Assembly (NCBI GenBank): GCA_947626825.1
Contig: CANQTM010000005.1
Span: 236-64,235 of the forward strand
Reading direction: 5' to 3'
DNA length: 64,000 bases
DNA from: an uncultured Bacilli bacterium
Lineage (GTDB): Bacteria; Bacillota_I; Bacilli_A; RFN20; CAG-631
Shown in pieces: positions 18,891 to 26,719 of the stretch. Within the stretch, counting starts at the first letter, position 1, and every line of letters starts with the position of its first letter. Under the pieces are notes generated by a model. It did no database searches and was not told the origin of the DNA. It worked only from the letters and a program-made list of their open reading frames with translations. A program made the translations under genes and the position numbers.

Positions 18891-20417
18891 ATGAATAGAC
18901 AATTATTAAAGAAAATCAATGAAGCACTTTTTTCGGTTTTACCTGTTGCCTTAATTGTTATTATTTTAAATTTTACTCCATTAATTTCTCTTTCAAATAC
19001 AGAAATATTTTTATTTATTTTTTCTGCAATTTTCTTGATTTTAGGTATTGGCCTTTTTAATTTAGGGGCTGATTTAGCAATGACACCTATGGGTGAACAA
19101 ATAGGCGTTGGTTTAACTAAATCAAAAAAAATAGGATTATTATTAATTTTAGCATTTTCGTTAGGATTTTTAATTACTATTGCTGAACCTGATTTATCTG
19201 CCTTAGCATCACAAGTTAGTAAAGTTATCAATAGTACTTTAATTATAATTTTGGTTGGTTTTGGTGTGGGATTATTTTTATTAATTGGTGTGTTGAAAAT
19301 AATATTTAAAAAATCTTTATCTTCTTTATTAACATTTTTTTATATGACTTTATTTTCTGTGGCCTCAATAGTTATTATTAAAGGAAATATCAATTTTTTA
19401 CCACTTGCTTTTGATTCTGGTGGTGTTACTACTGGGCCAATAACGGTACCATTTATAATGGCTTTTGGAGTGGGTATTGCTTTAACTATTGGAGGAAGAA
19501 ATGCTAATGAAAACAGTTTTGGATTAATATCATTATGTTCAATTGGTCCAATTTTGGCAGTTATTGTTTTAGGAATGTTTATTAATGATAATCTTATATA
19601 TGAAATTCCAAATGCTTATGAAATTTCTTCTAATCTTGGACATTATATATTAAGTTGTTTTGGCATCGTTATTAAAGATGTTAGTATTGCTTTAGGCCTT
19701 GTTACTTTATTTTTCTTTGTAATTAATTTTATCTTTTTAAAACTACCTAAAAATAAATTAATTCAAATTTTATGTGGAATTATTTTTACATATATTGGTT
19801 TAATAATCTTTTTAAGTGCTGTTAATGTTGGCTTTATGCCAATTGGTTATCAAATTGGTTTGCAATTAGCAAATAATAAAAAAGCTTTAGTTATATTTGC
19901 TTTTATTTTAGGTTTTGTTGTTGTTTTGGCAGAACCTGCTGTTCATGTTTTAAATAATCAAGTTGAAAATATAACAAATGGTACAGTTTCTAAAAAATCT
20001 ATGTTGATTGCTTTGTCTGTTGGTATTGGACTTTCTATTGGGCTATCTATCATTCGTATAATTTTTGATTTTTCGATTTTATATTATTTAATCCCTGGTT
20101 ATTTTATTTCTTTAGGTTTATCTTTTTTTGTTCCAAAACTTTATACTGCTATTGCTTTTGATTCTGGTGGTGTTGCTAGTGGACCTTTAACATCAACTTT
20201 TATTTTACCTTTTGCTGTTGGAGCATGTATGAGTATTTCTGGTATAGATAATGTTATGGCAAATGCTTTTGGTGTGGTTGCTATGGTTGCTATGACGCCA
20301 TTAATTACTATTCAATTTTTAGGATTTAAAGCTATAATTAATCAAAAAATGCGTGAAAAAATTGCTTTAAAGAAAATATTGGATAAATCAGATGATCAAA
20401 TTATTGATTTTATGTAA
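18891..20417 (+). CDS. Internally duplicated polytopic membrane protein, DUF1538-like
   Basis: 508 aa with more than 10 TM helices. The two halves share the signature AFDSGGVTTGPITVPFIMAFGVG / AFDSGGVASGPLTSTFILPFAVG. The family name comes from memory of this motif, not from a search. Confidence 0.65.
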   Translation: MNRQLLKKINEALFSVLPVALIVIILNFTPLISLSNTEIFLFIFSAIFLILGIGLFNLGADLAMTPMGEQIGVGLTKSKKIGLLLILAFSLGFLITIAEPDLSALASQVSKVINSTLIIILVGFGVGLFLLIGVLKIIFKKSLSSLLTFFYMTLFSVASIVIIKGNINFLPLAFDSGGVTTGPITVPFIMAFGVGIALTIGGRNANENSFGLISLCSIGPILAVIVLGMFINDNLIYEIPNAYEISSNLGHYILSCFGIVIKDVSIALGLVTLFFFVINFIFLKLPKNKLIQILCGIIFTYIGLIIFLSAVNVGFMPIGYQIGLQLANNKKALVIFAFILGFVVVLAEPAVHVLNNQVENITNGTVSKKSMLIALSVGIGLSIGLSIIRIIFDFSILYYLIPGYFISLGLSFFVPKLYTAIAFDSGGVASGPLTSTFILPFAVGACMSISGIDNVMANAFGVVAMVAMTPLITIQFLGFKAIINQKMREKIALKKILDKSDDQIIDFM

Positions 20418-20428
20418 AGGAAAAAATT

Positions 20429-20851
20429 ATGTCTAATAAGAAACAAAATGAAAAAATAAAAGATAAAGAAGTTTTCAATAAAAGAAATAATAAACCACAC
20501 CCTAGTAATATAAAGAAGTTAAAAATATTAATAACAATTGTTGATCGTAGTAAATCTTTGTTTTATCTTGATTTACTTGAACAATTTGAAGTAAATATGC
20601 AAATGGTCATTTTAGGTAAAGGTACTGCTACTTCAGAAATGCTTGGTTATCTTGGCCTAGCAGAACCTGAAAAAGCTGTTTTAATATCTTGTATTAGAGA
20701 AGATAAAATCAAAGATATTATGGCAACTTTACAAGAAAAATTTCAAAAAATAAAAAATGGTAAAGGAATTGCCTATACAATTTCAATGTCAAGTATTATT
20801 GGAGTATTAACTTATCAATTTTTAAGTAATAATCAAAATATAAAAAAATAG
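20429..20851 (+). CDS. PII-like signal-transduction protein (with basic N-terminal extension)
   Basis: 140 aa. After a ~30-aa K/N-rich leader, the pattern KILITIVDRSK...MQMVILGKGTAT...KAVLISCI looks like a PII/GlnB-type beta-alpha-beta fold. It lies 11 nt after the membrane protein. Confidence 0.5.
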   Translation: MSNKKQNEKIKDKEVFNKRNNKPHPSNIKKLKILITIVDRSKSLFYLDLLEQFEVNMQMVILGKGTATSEMLGYLGLAEPEKAVLISCIREDKIKDIMATLQEKFQKIKNGKGIAYTISMSSIIGVLTYQFLSNNQNIKK

Positions 20852-20864
20852 TAGGTGAAAAATT

Positions 20865-21182
20865 ATGAATGAAAAATTTGAAGTAATTTTATGTATTGTG
20901 AATAGTGGCTTTTCAGAAAGTGTAATGGATGCTGCAAGAAAAGTTGGTGCCAAGGGTGGAACTGTTATTAATGCTAGAGGTACAGCAGCCAAAGAAGCTG
21001 AAAAAATATTCAATATTACAATTCAACCAGAAAAAGAAATAGTAATGATTTTAGCTAAATCAAACTTAAAAAATGATATTTTACACACATTATATGAACA
21101 TGTAGGTCCAAATACTTTGGCTCAAGGAATTGCTTTTGCTTTACCAGTTGATGAAGTAGTTGGAATTCAAGAAAATAAATAA
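20865..21182 (+). CDS. PII-like signal-transduction protein
   Basis: 105 aa. FEVILCIVNSGFSESVMDAARKVGAKGGTVINARGT...KEIVMILA... is paralogous to the preceding ORF. AGGTG SD present. Confidence 0.55.
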   Translation: MNEKFEVILCIVNSGFSESVMDAARKVGAKGGTVINARGTAAKEAEKIFNITIQPEKEIVMILAKSNLKNDILHTLYEHVGPNTLAQGIAFALPVDEVVGIQENK

Positions 21183-21263
21183 TATTTTTGATATTTAAAG
21201 ATATATTTAAAACAAAAAAGTTATCTAAATAAAAAATGTGTCGTGATTAGTAAATAAAAACAT

Positions 21264-21293
21264 TTGACTTTTAGTCAAAAAATATAGTATTAT
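21264..21293 (+). promoter_or_regulatory. Sigma-A promoter of rplM-rpsI
   Basis: TTGACT (21264-21269), an 18-nt spacer, then TATTAT (21288-21293). The -35 is part of the palindrome TTGACTTTTAGTCAA. Confidence 0.55.
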
Positions 21294-21356
21294 TATAGGC
21301 GGTCTATCCGACCAATAGTAGCCCCGGTAAAGTTACTAGAAAAAAGGAGAAAAAAT
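21294..21356 (+). promoter_or_regulatory. GC-rich rplM 5' leader, candidate L13 ribosomal-protein leader
   Basis: AGGCGGTCTATCCGACCAATAGTAGCCCCGGTAAAGTTACTAG is a GC island in AT-rich DNA. It contains GGTC/GACC and TAGTA/TACTA stems. An L13 leader family is described for Firmicutes. Confidence 0.4.
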
Positions 21357-21794
21357 ATGCAAAGACAAACAACAATTATTAAACCGCAAGATATTGAAAG
21401 AAAGTGGTATGTTGTAGATGCAACTAATATTCCACTAGGAAGACTTGCTTCAAATGTTGCAAAAGTTTTAACTGGAAAAGCAAAACCAACATATCAACCA
21501 AATATTGATACAGGTGATTATGTAATTATTATTAATGCTACTAAAGTTTTATTAACTGGTAATAAACTAAATAATAAGAACTATTATAATGTTTCTGGTT
21601 ATTTAGGTGGTTTAAGAACTCGTAGTGCAAAAGTAATGTTAAAAGATTATCCTGTTGAAATGGTTGAAAGAGCTGTATGGGGAATGCTTCCAAAGGGCCG
21701 TTTAGGTCGTAGAATGTATAAAAAATTACATGTATATGCAGGTGACAAGCATAATAATGATGCTCAAAAACCTGAAGTACTTGTAATTAAGTAG
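21357..21794 (+). CDS. rplM: 50S ribosomal protein L13
   Basis: ...RKWYVVDA....LGRLAS.VA..L.GK.KP.Y is a typical L13 sequence. Confidence 0.96.
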   Translation: MQRQTTIIKPQDIERKWYVVDATNIPLGRLASNVAKVLTGKAKPTYQPNIDTGDYVIIINATKVLLTGNKLNNKNYYNVSGYLGGLRTRSAKVMLKDYPVEMVERAVWGMLPKGRLGRRMYKKLHVYAGDKHNNDAQKPEVLVIK

Positions 21795-21805
21795 GAGGAT
21801 AAAAT

Positions 21806-22216
21806 ATGCCAGCAAAGAAAAAAAGTGATGCAGTACGTTATATGGGTACTGGTAGAAGAAAAGCATCTGTTGCTAGAGTTATTTTAGTTCCAGGTACTGG
21901 TAATATTACAGTTAATGGAGTTAAAGTTGAAAATTATCTTCCAGCAGCTACATTTGTAATGGATTTAAAACAACCATTAGTTGCAACATCAAATGAAACA
22001 CGTTTTGACATTACATGTAATGTTAAAGGTGGCGGTTATAATGGTCAAACTGGTGCAATTCGTTTAGGTATTGCAAGAGCTTTACTTCAAGCATCAGCAG
22101 ATTATCGTCCAACATTGAAATCTTTAGGTTTATTAACTAGAGATGCTCGTGTTAAAGAACGTAAGAAATATGGTCTTAAGGGTGCTAGAAGAGCTCCACA
22201 ATTCTCAAAACGTTAA
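21806..22216 (+). CDS. rpsI: 30S ribosomal protein S9
   Basis: Y.GTGRRK...ARV.L.PG.G...C-terminal ...[19 protein letters not shown]. Confidence 0.96.
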   Translation: MPAKKKSDAVRYMGTGRRKASVARVILVPGTGNITVNGVKVENYLPAATFVMDLKQPLVATSNETRFDITCNVKGGGYNGQTGAIRLGIARALLQASADYRPTLKSLGLLTRDARVKERKKYGLKGARRAPQFSKR

Positions 22217-22220
22217 TCTA

Positions 22221-22266
22221 CAAACAACAAAAAATTTGGATTATTCCAAATTTTTTTGTTTGTTTA
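22221..22266 (+). terminator. Rho-independent terminator after rpsI
   Basis: A long palindrome CAAACAACAAAAAATTTGGA-TTAT-TCCAAATTTTTTTGTTTGTTT, followed by T-rich sequence. Confidence 0.65.
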
Positions 22267-22310
22267 CTATTTTTATTTTATTTTTCATATTATTTATTGG
22301 TGAAAATATT

Positions 22311-22967
22311 TTGAAAAAAAATTGTTTTTTAATTTTAATTTTTATTTTTTTAACTAGTTGCTTTAATATAAATAAAACCAATTATTTGATAGATAGTGTT
22401 ATTTTTATTGATCCAGGTCATGGTGGCAATGATAATGGAACAAGTTATTTAGATGTATTTGAAGATGAATTAAATTTAAAATTATCAACTATCTTATATG
22501 AAATGATTTTAGATGATGGAGGCATATGCTATTTATCTAGAGTTTCTGATTATGATTTAAGTTCAATGTATGCCAAGAATCATAAAATTGAAGATTTAAA
22601 AAAAAGGGTTCAATATATTGATAGTTTAAATACAACTTTATTTATTTCTTTACATTTAAATTATTATTCAAGCTCTAAAGTTAATGGTATACAAGTTTTT
22701 TATCAAAAACAAAACCAAGAAAGTAAAGAACTGGCAATTTTTTTACAAGATATTTTAAATGTAGAAAATCAAAGAAAAAAACAATGTAAGGTAGGAGATT
22801 ATTTTATTTTAAATAATACAACTTCTTTAGGTGTTTTAATTGAATATGGTTTTTTATCAAGCGAATATGATCGTCAAAGATTATTAGATGATAACTATTT
22901 AAATCATTTAGCTAAGTTAATAAAAAGTTCAATAAGTGAATATTTAAAAAATAAATTGAAATACTAA
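22311..22967 (+). CDS. cwlD: N-acetylmuramoyl-L-alanine amidase, CwlD-like, with lipoprotein-type signal peptide
   Basis: FIDPGHGGNDNG...SLHLN... is the Amidase_3 motif. I prefer the TTG at 22311 (GGTGA SD), which gives MKKNCFLILIFIFLTSC with an LTSC lipobox. The track start at 22143 lies inside rpsI and spans its terminator. cwlD also lies shortly downstream of rpsI in Bacillus. Confidence 0.7.
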   Translation: MKKNCFLILIFIFLTSCFNINKTNYLIDSVIFIDPGHGGNDNGTSYLDVFEDELNLKLSTILYEMILDDGGICYLSRVSDYDLSSMYAKNHKIEDLKKRVQYIDSLNTTLFISLHLNYYSSSKVNGIQVFYQKQNQESKELAIFLQDILNVENQRKKQCKVGDYFILNNTTSLGVLIEYGFLSSEYDRQRLLDDNYLNHLAKLIKSSISEYLKNKLKY

Positions 22968-22969
22968 TA

Positions 22970-23383
22970 TTGGTGATATTTATAAAAAAACTTTTATATT
23001 TTATAGGCAATATTGGTAAAATTTTGTCTTTAGTTTGTCTTTTTATTATAGTTGCAACTTTAATAGTTAGTTTTAAATTGTCAAAAGAAAATGTCGACAA
23101 TCCATTTTGTTTAAATAATTATGATGAAAGTCAACCAATTAATTTAGAATATCAAGAAATTTTAAATTATGATTATCATTATCAATGTTCAACATTATAT
23201 TTTGAAATAATTGTTATTGATAATTTAAATAAAAATCAAACTATTTCCTTATTGATAAGTATCGGACAACAATTAAAAGATTATAATTGCTTTACTCATT
23301 TTCAAGTTGAAGGTGTTGGTTTAGAAAAAGTGCTTTATGCAACTATTGATTTACAAACACAAGAATTAAATTATGTTTTTTAA
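22970..23383 (+). CDS. Hypothetical membrane-anchored protein
   Basis: 137 aa with a TTG start, one N-terminal TM helix and no recognisable motif. Confidence 0.4.
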   Translation: MVIFIKKLLYFIGNIGKILSLVCLFIIVATLIVSFKLSKENVDNPFCLNNYDESQPINLEYQEILNYDYHYQCSTLYFEIIVIDNLNKNQTISLLISIGQQLKDYNCFTHFQVEGVGLEKVLYATIDLQTQELNYVF

Positions 23384-23409
23384 ATGCTTTTACTAAAAAA
23401 AGCATTTTT
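23383..23409 (+). terminator. Rho-independent terminator
   Basis: A 9-bp stem AATGCTTTT/AAAAGCATT followed by a short T-run (TTT). Confidence 0.6.
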
Positions 23410-23424
23410 AAATTTTTGCATTTC

Positions 23425-23453
23425 TTGAATTATATATTTTATTAGTATACAAT
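23425..23453 (+). promoter_or_regulatory. Sigma-A promoter upstream of the tsaC-rpiB / atp genes
   Basis: TTGAAT (23425-23430), a 17-nt spacer, then TACAAT (23448-23453). Confidence 0.5.
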
Positions 23454-23477
23454 AAAAATGTTAAAGGAAAAAAATAA

Positions 23478-24533
23478 ATGGATACTAAAATATATCAGGA
23501 AAAAGAATATAAAAAAATAATTGCTGATCTTAACAATGGACAAGTAGTTGGTTTTCCTACAGAAACAGTATATGGTTTAGCAGTTGTAAGTGATAATTTA
23601 GATGCTTTAGAAAAACTATATCAAATAAAAGGTAGAGATGAAAATAAACCAATTTCTTTAATGGTTTCTGATATTACTACAATAAAAAAAATAGCCAAAG
23701 TTAATAAATGGCAAGAAAAAATTTTAAAAGAATTTATGCCTGGTCCTTTAACTGTTATTTTAAAATCAAAAAAAATAATAATTCCTAATTATATTACTTT
23801 AGGTATTAGAATACCTAAACACGATTTGATTTTAAAAATATTACAAACAATTAACAAACCTTTATTAGTGACAAGTGCTAATTTATCAAATAGTCCATCT
23901 CTTAATAAATATATTGATGTTTATAAAACATTTAATGGGAAAATAGCTTCTTTAATAGCTTTAGATGCTAACAATTCTTTGGCATCAAGCGTAATTGATA
24001 TAACTTCAAGACCAATTAAAGTCTTAAGAAAAGGTTTAATAAGTGAAGAAGACATTAATAAATGTTTAAAGAAAGAAGGAAAACAAAAAATGAAAAAAAT
24101 AATTGCTATAGGCTGTGATCATGGTGGTCTTGAATTAAAAAATTCTATTATAAAACATTATAAAAATAAATATGAATTTATTGATGTTGGGACTTATGAC
24201 ACTACTTCTTGTGATTATCCTGATTATGCTTTTAAAGTTGGGGAAATAGTTAATCAAAATAAAGCAAATTTTGGAATTTTAATTTGTAAAAGTGGAATAG
24301 GAATGTCAATAGCTGCAAATAAAGTGCCAAATATCCGCTGTGCTTTAGTTTGCAATGCTAAAAATGCTATGCTAGCTCATAAACATAATAATGCCAATGT
24401 TTTAGCAATGGGCAGCAATGATGTTAGCAAAAATATAGCTTATAAAATTATTGATAGTTATGAAAGTGTTGAATTTGAAGAAAGACATTCACTTAGAATT
24501 TCTAAAATAAGTGCTTATGAAAAAAGAAAATAA
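23478..24533 (+). CDS. Fusion protein: L-threonylcarbamoyladenylate synthase (TsaC/YwlC, YrdC domain) + ribose-5-phosphate isomerase B
   Basis: Residues 1-204 carry YrdC motifs (GFPTETVYGLA, PGPLTVIL, VTSANLSNSPS). Residues 205-351 are RpiB/LacAB (MKKIIAIGCDHGG, ICKSGIGMSIAANK, FEERH). There is no stop between them. An internal AAGGA SD plus ATG sits at 24090. Confidence 0.8.
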   Translation: MDTKIYQEKEYKKIIADLNNGQVVGFPTETVYGLAVVSDNLDALEKLYQIKGRDENKPISLMVSDITTIKKIAKVNKWQEKILKEFMPGPLTVILKSKKIIIPNYITLGIRIPKHDLILKILQTINKPLLVTSANLSNSPSLNKYIDVYKTFNGKIASLIALDANNSLASSVIDITSRPIKVLRKGLISEEDINKCLKKEGKQKMKKIIAIGCDHGGLELKNSIIKHYKNKYEFIDVGTYDTTSCDYPDYAFKVGEIVNQNKANFGILICKSGIGMSIAANKVPNIRCALVCNAKNAMLAHKHNNANVLAMGSNDVSKNIAYKIIDSYESVEFEERHSLRISKISAYEKRK

Positions 24534-24918
24534 TTTAAATGTTTATAACCCAAAAGAACAAGAAAAAGAATTAAAAAAATTTATAAAAAGATCTTTAATT
24601 GTTGGTAGTATTATTTTATTAATTTTGTTGATAATAACTTTTATTTTTCATAATATTTATCATATGATAATTGGTTTTATCATAGGAAGTATTATTAGTG
24701 TTATTTTGTTTTATATCATTCATAAGCAAATGTATGAAACATATTATTTAGATTTTAAAAAACAAGCTAGAAAAATTCATTTTCTTCATTTAATAGTTTA
24801 TTTATGTTCATATTTGATATTAGCTCTAATTTTTAAAACCTTTTGGATTGTTATTGGGTTAACACTTGGTTTACTTTTAAGTAAATTTGCTATTTTGACA
24901 TTTAGCTTTGATAAATAA
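24517..24918 (+). CDS. atpI: ATP synthase protein I-like small membrane protein
   Basis: About 133 aa with 4 hydrophobic helices, directly upstream of atpB. The call is positional. The start is ambiguous (GTG 24511 or ATG 24517) and overlaps the end of the fusion gene. Confidence 0.5.
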   Translation: MKKENNLNVYNPKEQEKELKKFIKRSLIVGSIILLILLIITFIFHNIYHMIIGFIIGSIISVILFYIIHKQMYETYYLDFKKQARKIHFLHLIVYLCSYLILALIFKTFWIVIGLTLGLLLSKFAILTFSFDK

Positions 24919-24924
24919 TATATG

Positions 24925-24948
24925 TGACTTCTTTTAAAAAAGAAGTCA
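24925..24948 (+). other. Hairpin between atpI and atpB (weak terminator or processing site)
   Basis: A 9-bp stem TGACTTCTT/AAGAAGTCA with a 6-nt loop. The sequence after it (ATATTTTG) is only a poor T-run. Confidence 0.35.
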
Positions 24949-25023
24949 ATATTTTGAATATCACTTTTATTTTTTTACAATTTATGGTAAGATTATAGTG
25001 TTTTAAAAAAGGGCGACAATAAA

Positions 25024-25824
25024 ATGAGTGAATTTTTTCATAAAATTTTAAAATATTTTTCAAATACGGCTAAAAGTGAATTGTTAGTCTCTCTTTTAAT
25101 TATGTTTATTATTGCTATTATTGCTATTATTTTAGGAATTGCCATTAAAAAAGCAGACCCTAAAAAGAAACCAAAAGGTTTGGCATTAATTGCTGAAACA
25201 ATTGTAACTTTTGCTGATAATCAAATAAGTGATATTTTAGGAACAGCTTTTTTAAAGTTTTCGCCATATTTAATTTTTTTATATTTGTTTATTCCTATGT
25301 CATTTATTAGTGGACTTGTTGGCCTTGCTTCACCAATGACTTATTTTACTATTCCATTATGTTTAGCTTTAGTCAGTTGGTTAGGTATTCAAATATATTC
25401 TATTCGTTATCAAAAAATTGAATATTTAAAAGGATTTTCTAGTCCATTACCACCATATATTCCATTATTTGTACCAATTAATATTTTAAGTAAATTTTCA
25501 CCATTACTTTCTTTATCGATTCGTATTTTTGGCAATGCAATTGCAGGATATATATTAATGTGGCTTGTATATTGGGGAACTGGTATGTTAAGTGAGTTGA
25601 TAATAGGCATTGCAGGATTAAACTTTATAGGAGTTATAATTGCTCCTTTATTACATGCTTATTTTGATGCTTTTGGCGCTTTTATACAAACGACAATATT
25701 TACAACATTGACGATGCTATTAATTTCTGTTGAAATACCAGCACCAGTAAATGTTGATATAAATATAAATAAAAAATATAAAATGAAAAAAGGTAAAAAA
25801 TTAATTGTACAAAAAAATAGTTAA
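25024..25824 (+). CDS. atpB: F0F1 ATP synthase subunit a
   Basis: Polytopic protein with the conserved LSLSIRIFGNAIAGY arginine motif. Confidence 0.92.
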   Translation: MSEFFHKILKYFSNTAKSELLVSLLIMFIIAIIAIILGIAIKKADPKKKPKGLALIAETIVTFADNQISDILGTAFLKFSPYLIFLYLFIPMSFISGLVGLASPMTYFTIPLCLALVSWLGIQIYSIRYQKIEYLKGFSSPLPPYIPLFVPINILSKFSPLLSLSIRIFGNAIAGYILMWLVYWGTGMLSELIIGIAGLNFIGVIIAPLLHAYFDAFGAFIQTTIFTTLTMLLISVEIPAPVNVDININKKYKMKKGKKLIVQKNS

Positions 25825-25838
25825 TAGGAGGAAAAAAT

Positions 25839-26126
25839 ATGTTAACTAATTTAACAAATGTTGTTGTTATGGCTTTAGAAAATGCTGGAACTGCTACTGG
25901 TATTGGACTTGCCTGTATTGGCGCAGGTCTTGCCGTTTTAACAGGTTTTGGTTCTGGTATTGGAGAAGGTAATGTTGCAGCTCATGCAATGGATGCAATT
26001 GGAAGAAATCCAGAAGCCACTAAAACTATTCGTTCAAATATGATTTTAGGTATTGCTTTGGCCGAAACTACAGGTATTTATGGTTTTGCTATTGCTATTA
26101 TCATTTTAATTATGGCTTTATTCTAA
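25839..26126 (+). CDS. atpE: F0F1 ATP synthase subunit c (Na+-type two-carboxylate signature)
   Basis: 95-aa helical hairpin: GSGIGEGNVAA...RNPEA...GIALAETTGIYGFAIAIIIL. Confidence 0.93.
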   Translation: MLTNLTNVVVMALENAGTATGIGLACIGAGLAVLTGFGSGIGEGNVAAHAMDAIGRNPEATKTIRSNMILGIALAETTGIYGFAIAIIILIMALF

Positions 26127-26164
26127 TAAGTTCAAAATAAAGAAAAAAGGAAAGGAGGATATCT

Positions 26165-26719
26165 ATGCGTTTTTTAAACATTATTTTATTAGCTGAAGAA
26201 AATGATGCTTTTTCTGATTTAAAAGAAATTGCTAATAAAATTATTCCAGATGATCCTTGGGCCTTTGTAGTGCAACTTTTAGCGACAGCTATTTTAGTTT
26301 TTATATTAGCAAAATTTTTAGTTAAACCAGTTAGAAATTATCTTAAATCTCGTCAAGATTATATTCAAGGCAATATAGATGAAGCAAATAATAAAAATAC
26401 TGAAGCAGATAACAAGTTATCTATGGCCAACAAACAATTAAAAGATGCCAAGACTACTAGTAAAGAAATGATTGAAAATGCTAAAGTTGTTGCCTTAAAT
26501 GAAAAAGATAAAATATTAAACGAAACTCAACAAGAAGTTACTTTAATGAAAGATAAAGCTCTTAAAGATATAGAAAACGAAAAAATAAAAATGCAAGAAC
26601 AAATTTCTAATGAAATTATTGATGTTGCACTTCTTGCTGCAAATAAAGTAATTGGTCGTGAAGTAAATAAAGATGATAATACAAAAATTATTGAAGATTT
26701 TATTGAGGATCAAAAATAA
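26165..26719 (+). CDS. atpF: F0F1 ATP synthase subunit b
   Basis: One TM helix followed by a long charged coiled-coil, in the expected operon position. Confidence 0.88.
   Translation: MRFLNIILLAEENDAFSDLKEIANKIIPDDPWAFVVQLLATAILVFILAKFLVKPVRNYLKSRQDYIQGNIDEANNKNTEADNKLSMANKQLKDAKTTSKEMIENAKVVALNEKDKILNETQQEVTLMKDKALKDIENEKIKMQEQISNEIIDVALLAANKVIGREVNKDDNTKIIEDFIEDQK

Noticed and set aside
18863-19231. 122-aa minus-strand ORF
   Set aside because: It is antisense to the 5' part of the DUF1538-like gene and its promoter region. It has no SD and no recognisable motif.
22143-22310. 5' extension of the amidase ORF into rpsI
   Set aside because: It would overlap the rpsI coding sequence and read through the rpsI terminator palindrome. 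The TTG at 22311 has an SD and gives a proper lipoprotein signal peptide. Similar over-extensions were trimmed for rpsB, cdsA, polC, atpC, the lipoprotein, rpsJ, rplD, rplF, map, ecfA1, truA, cysS and spoVT.
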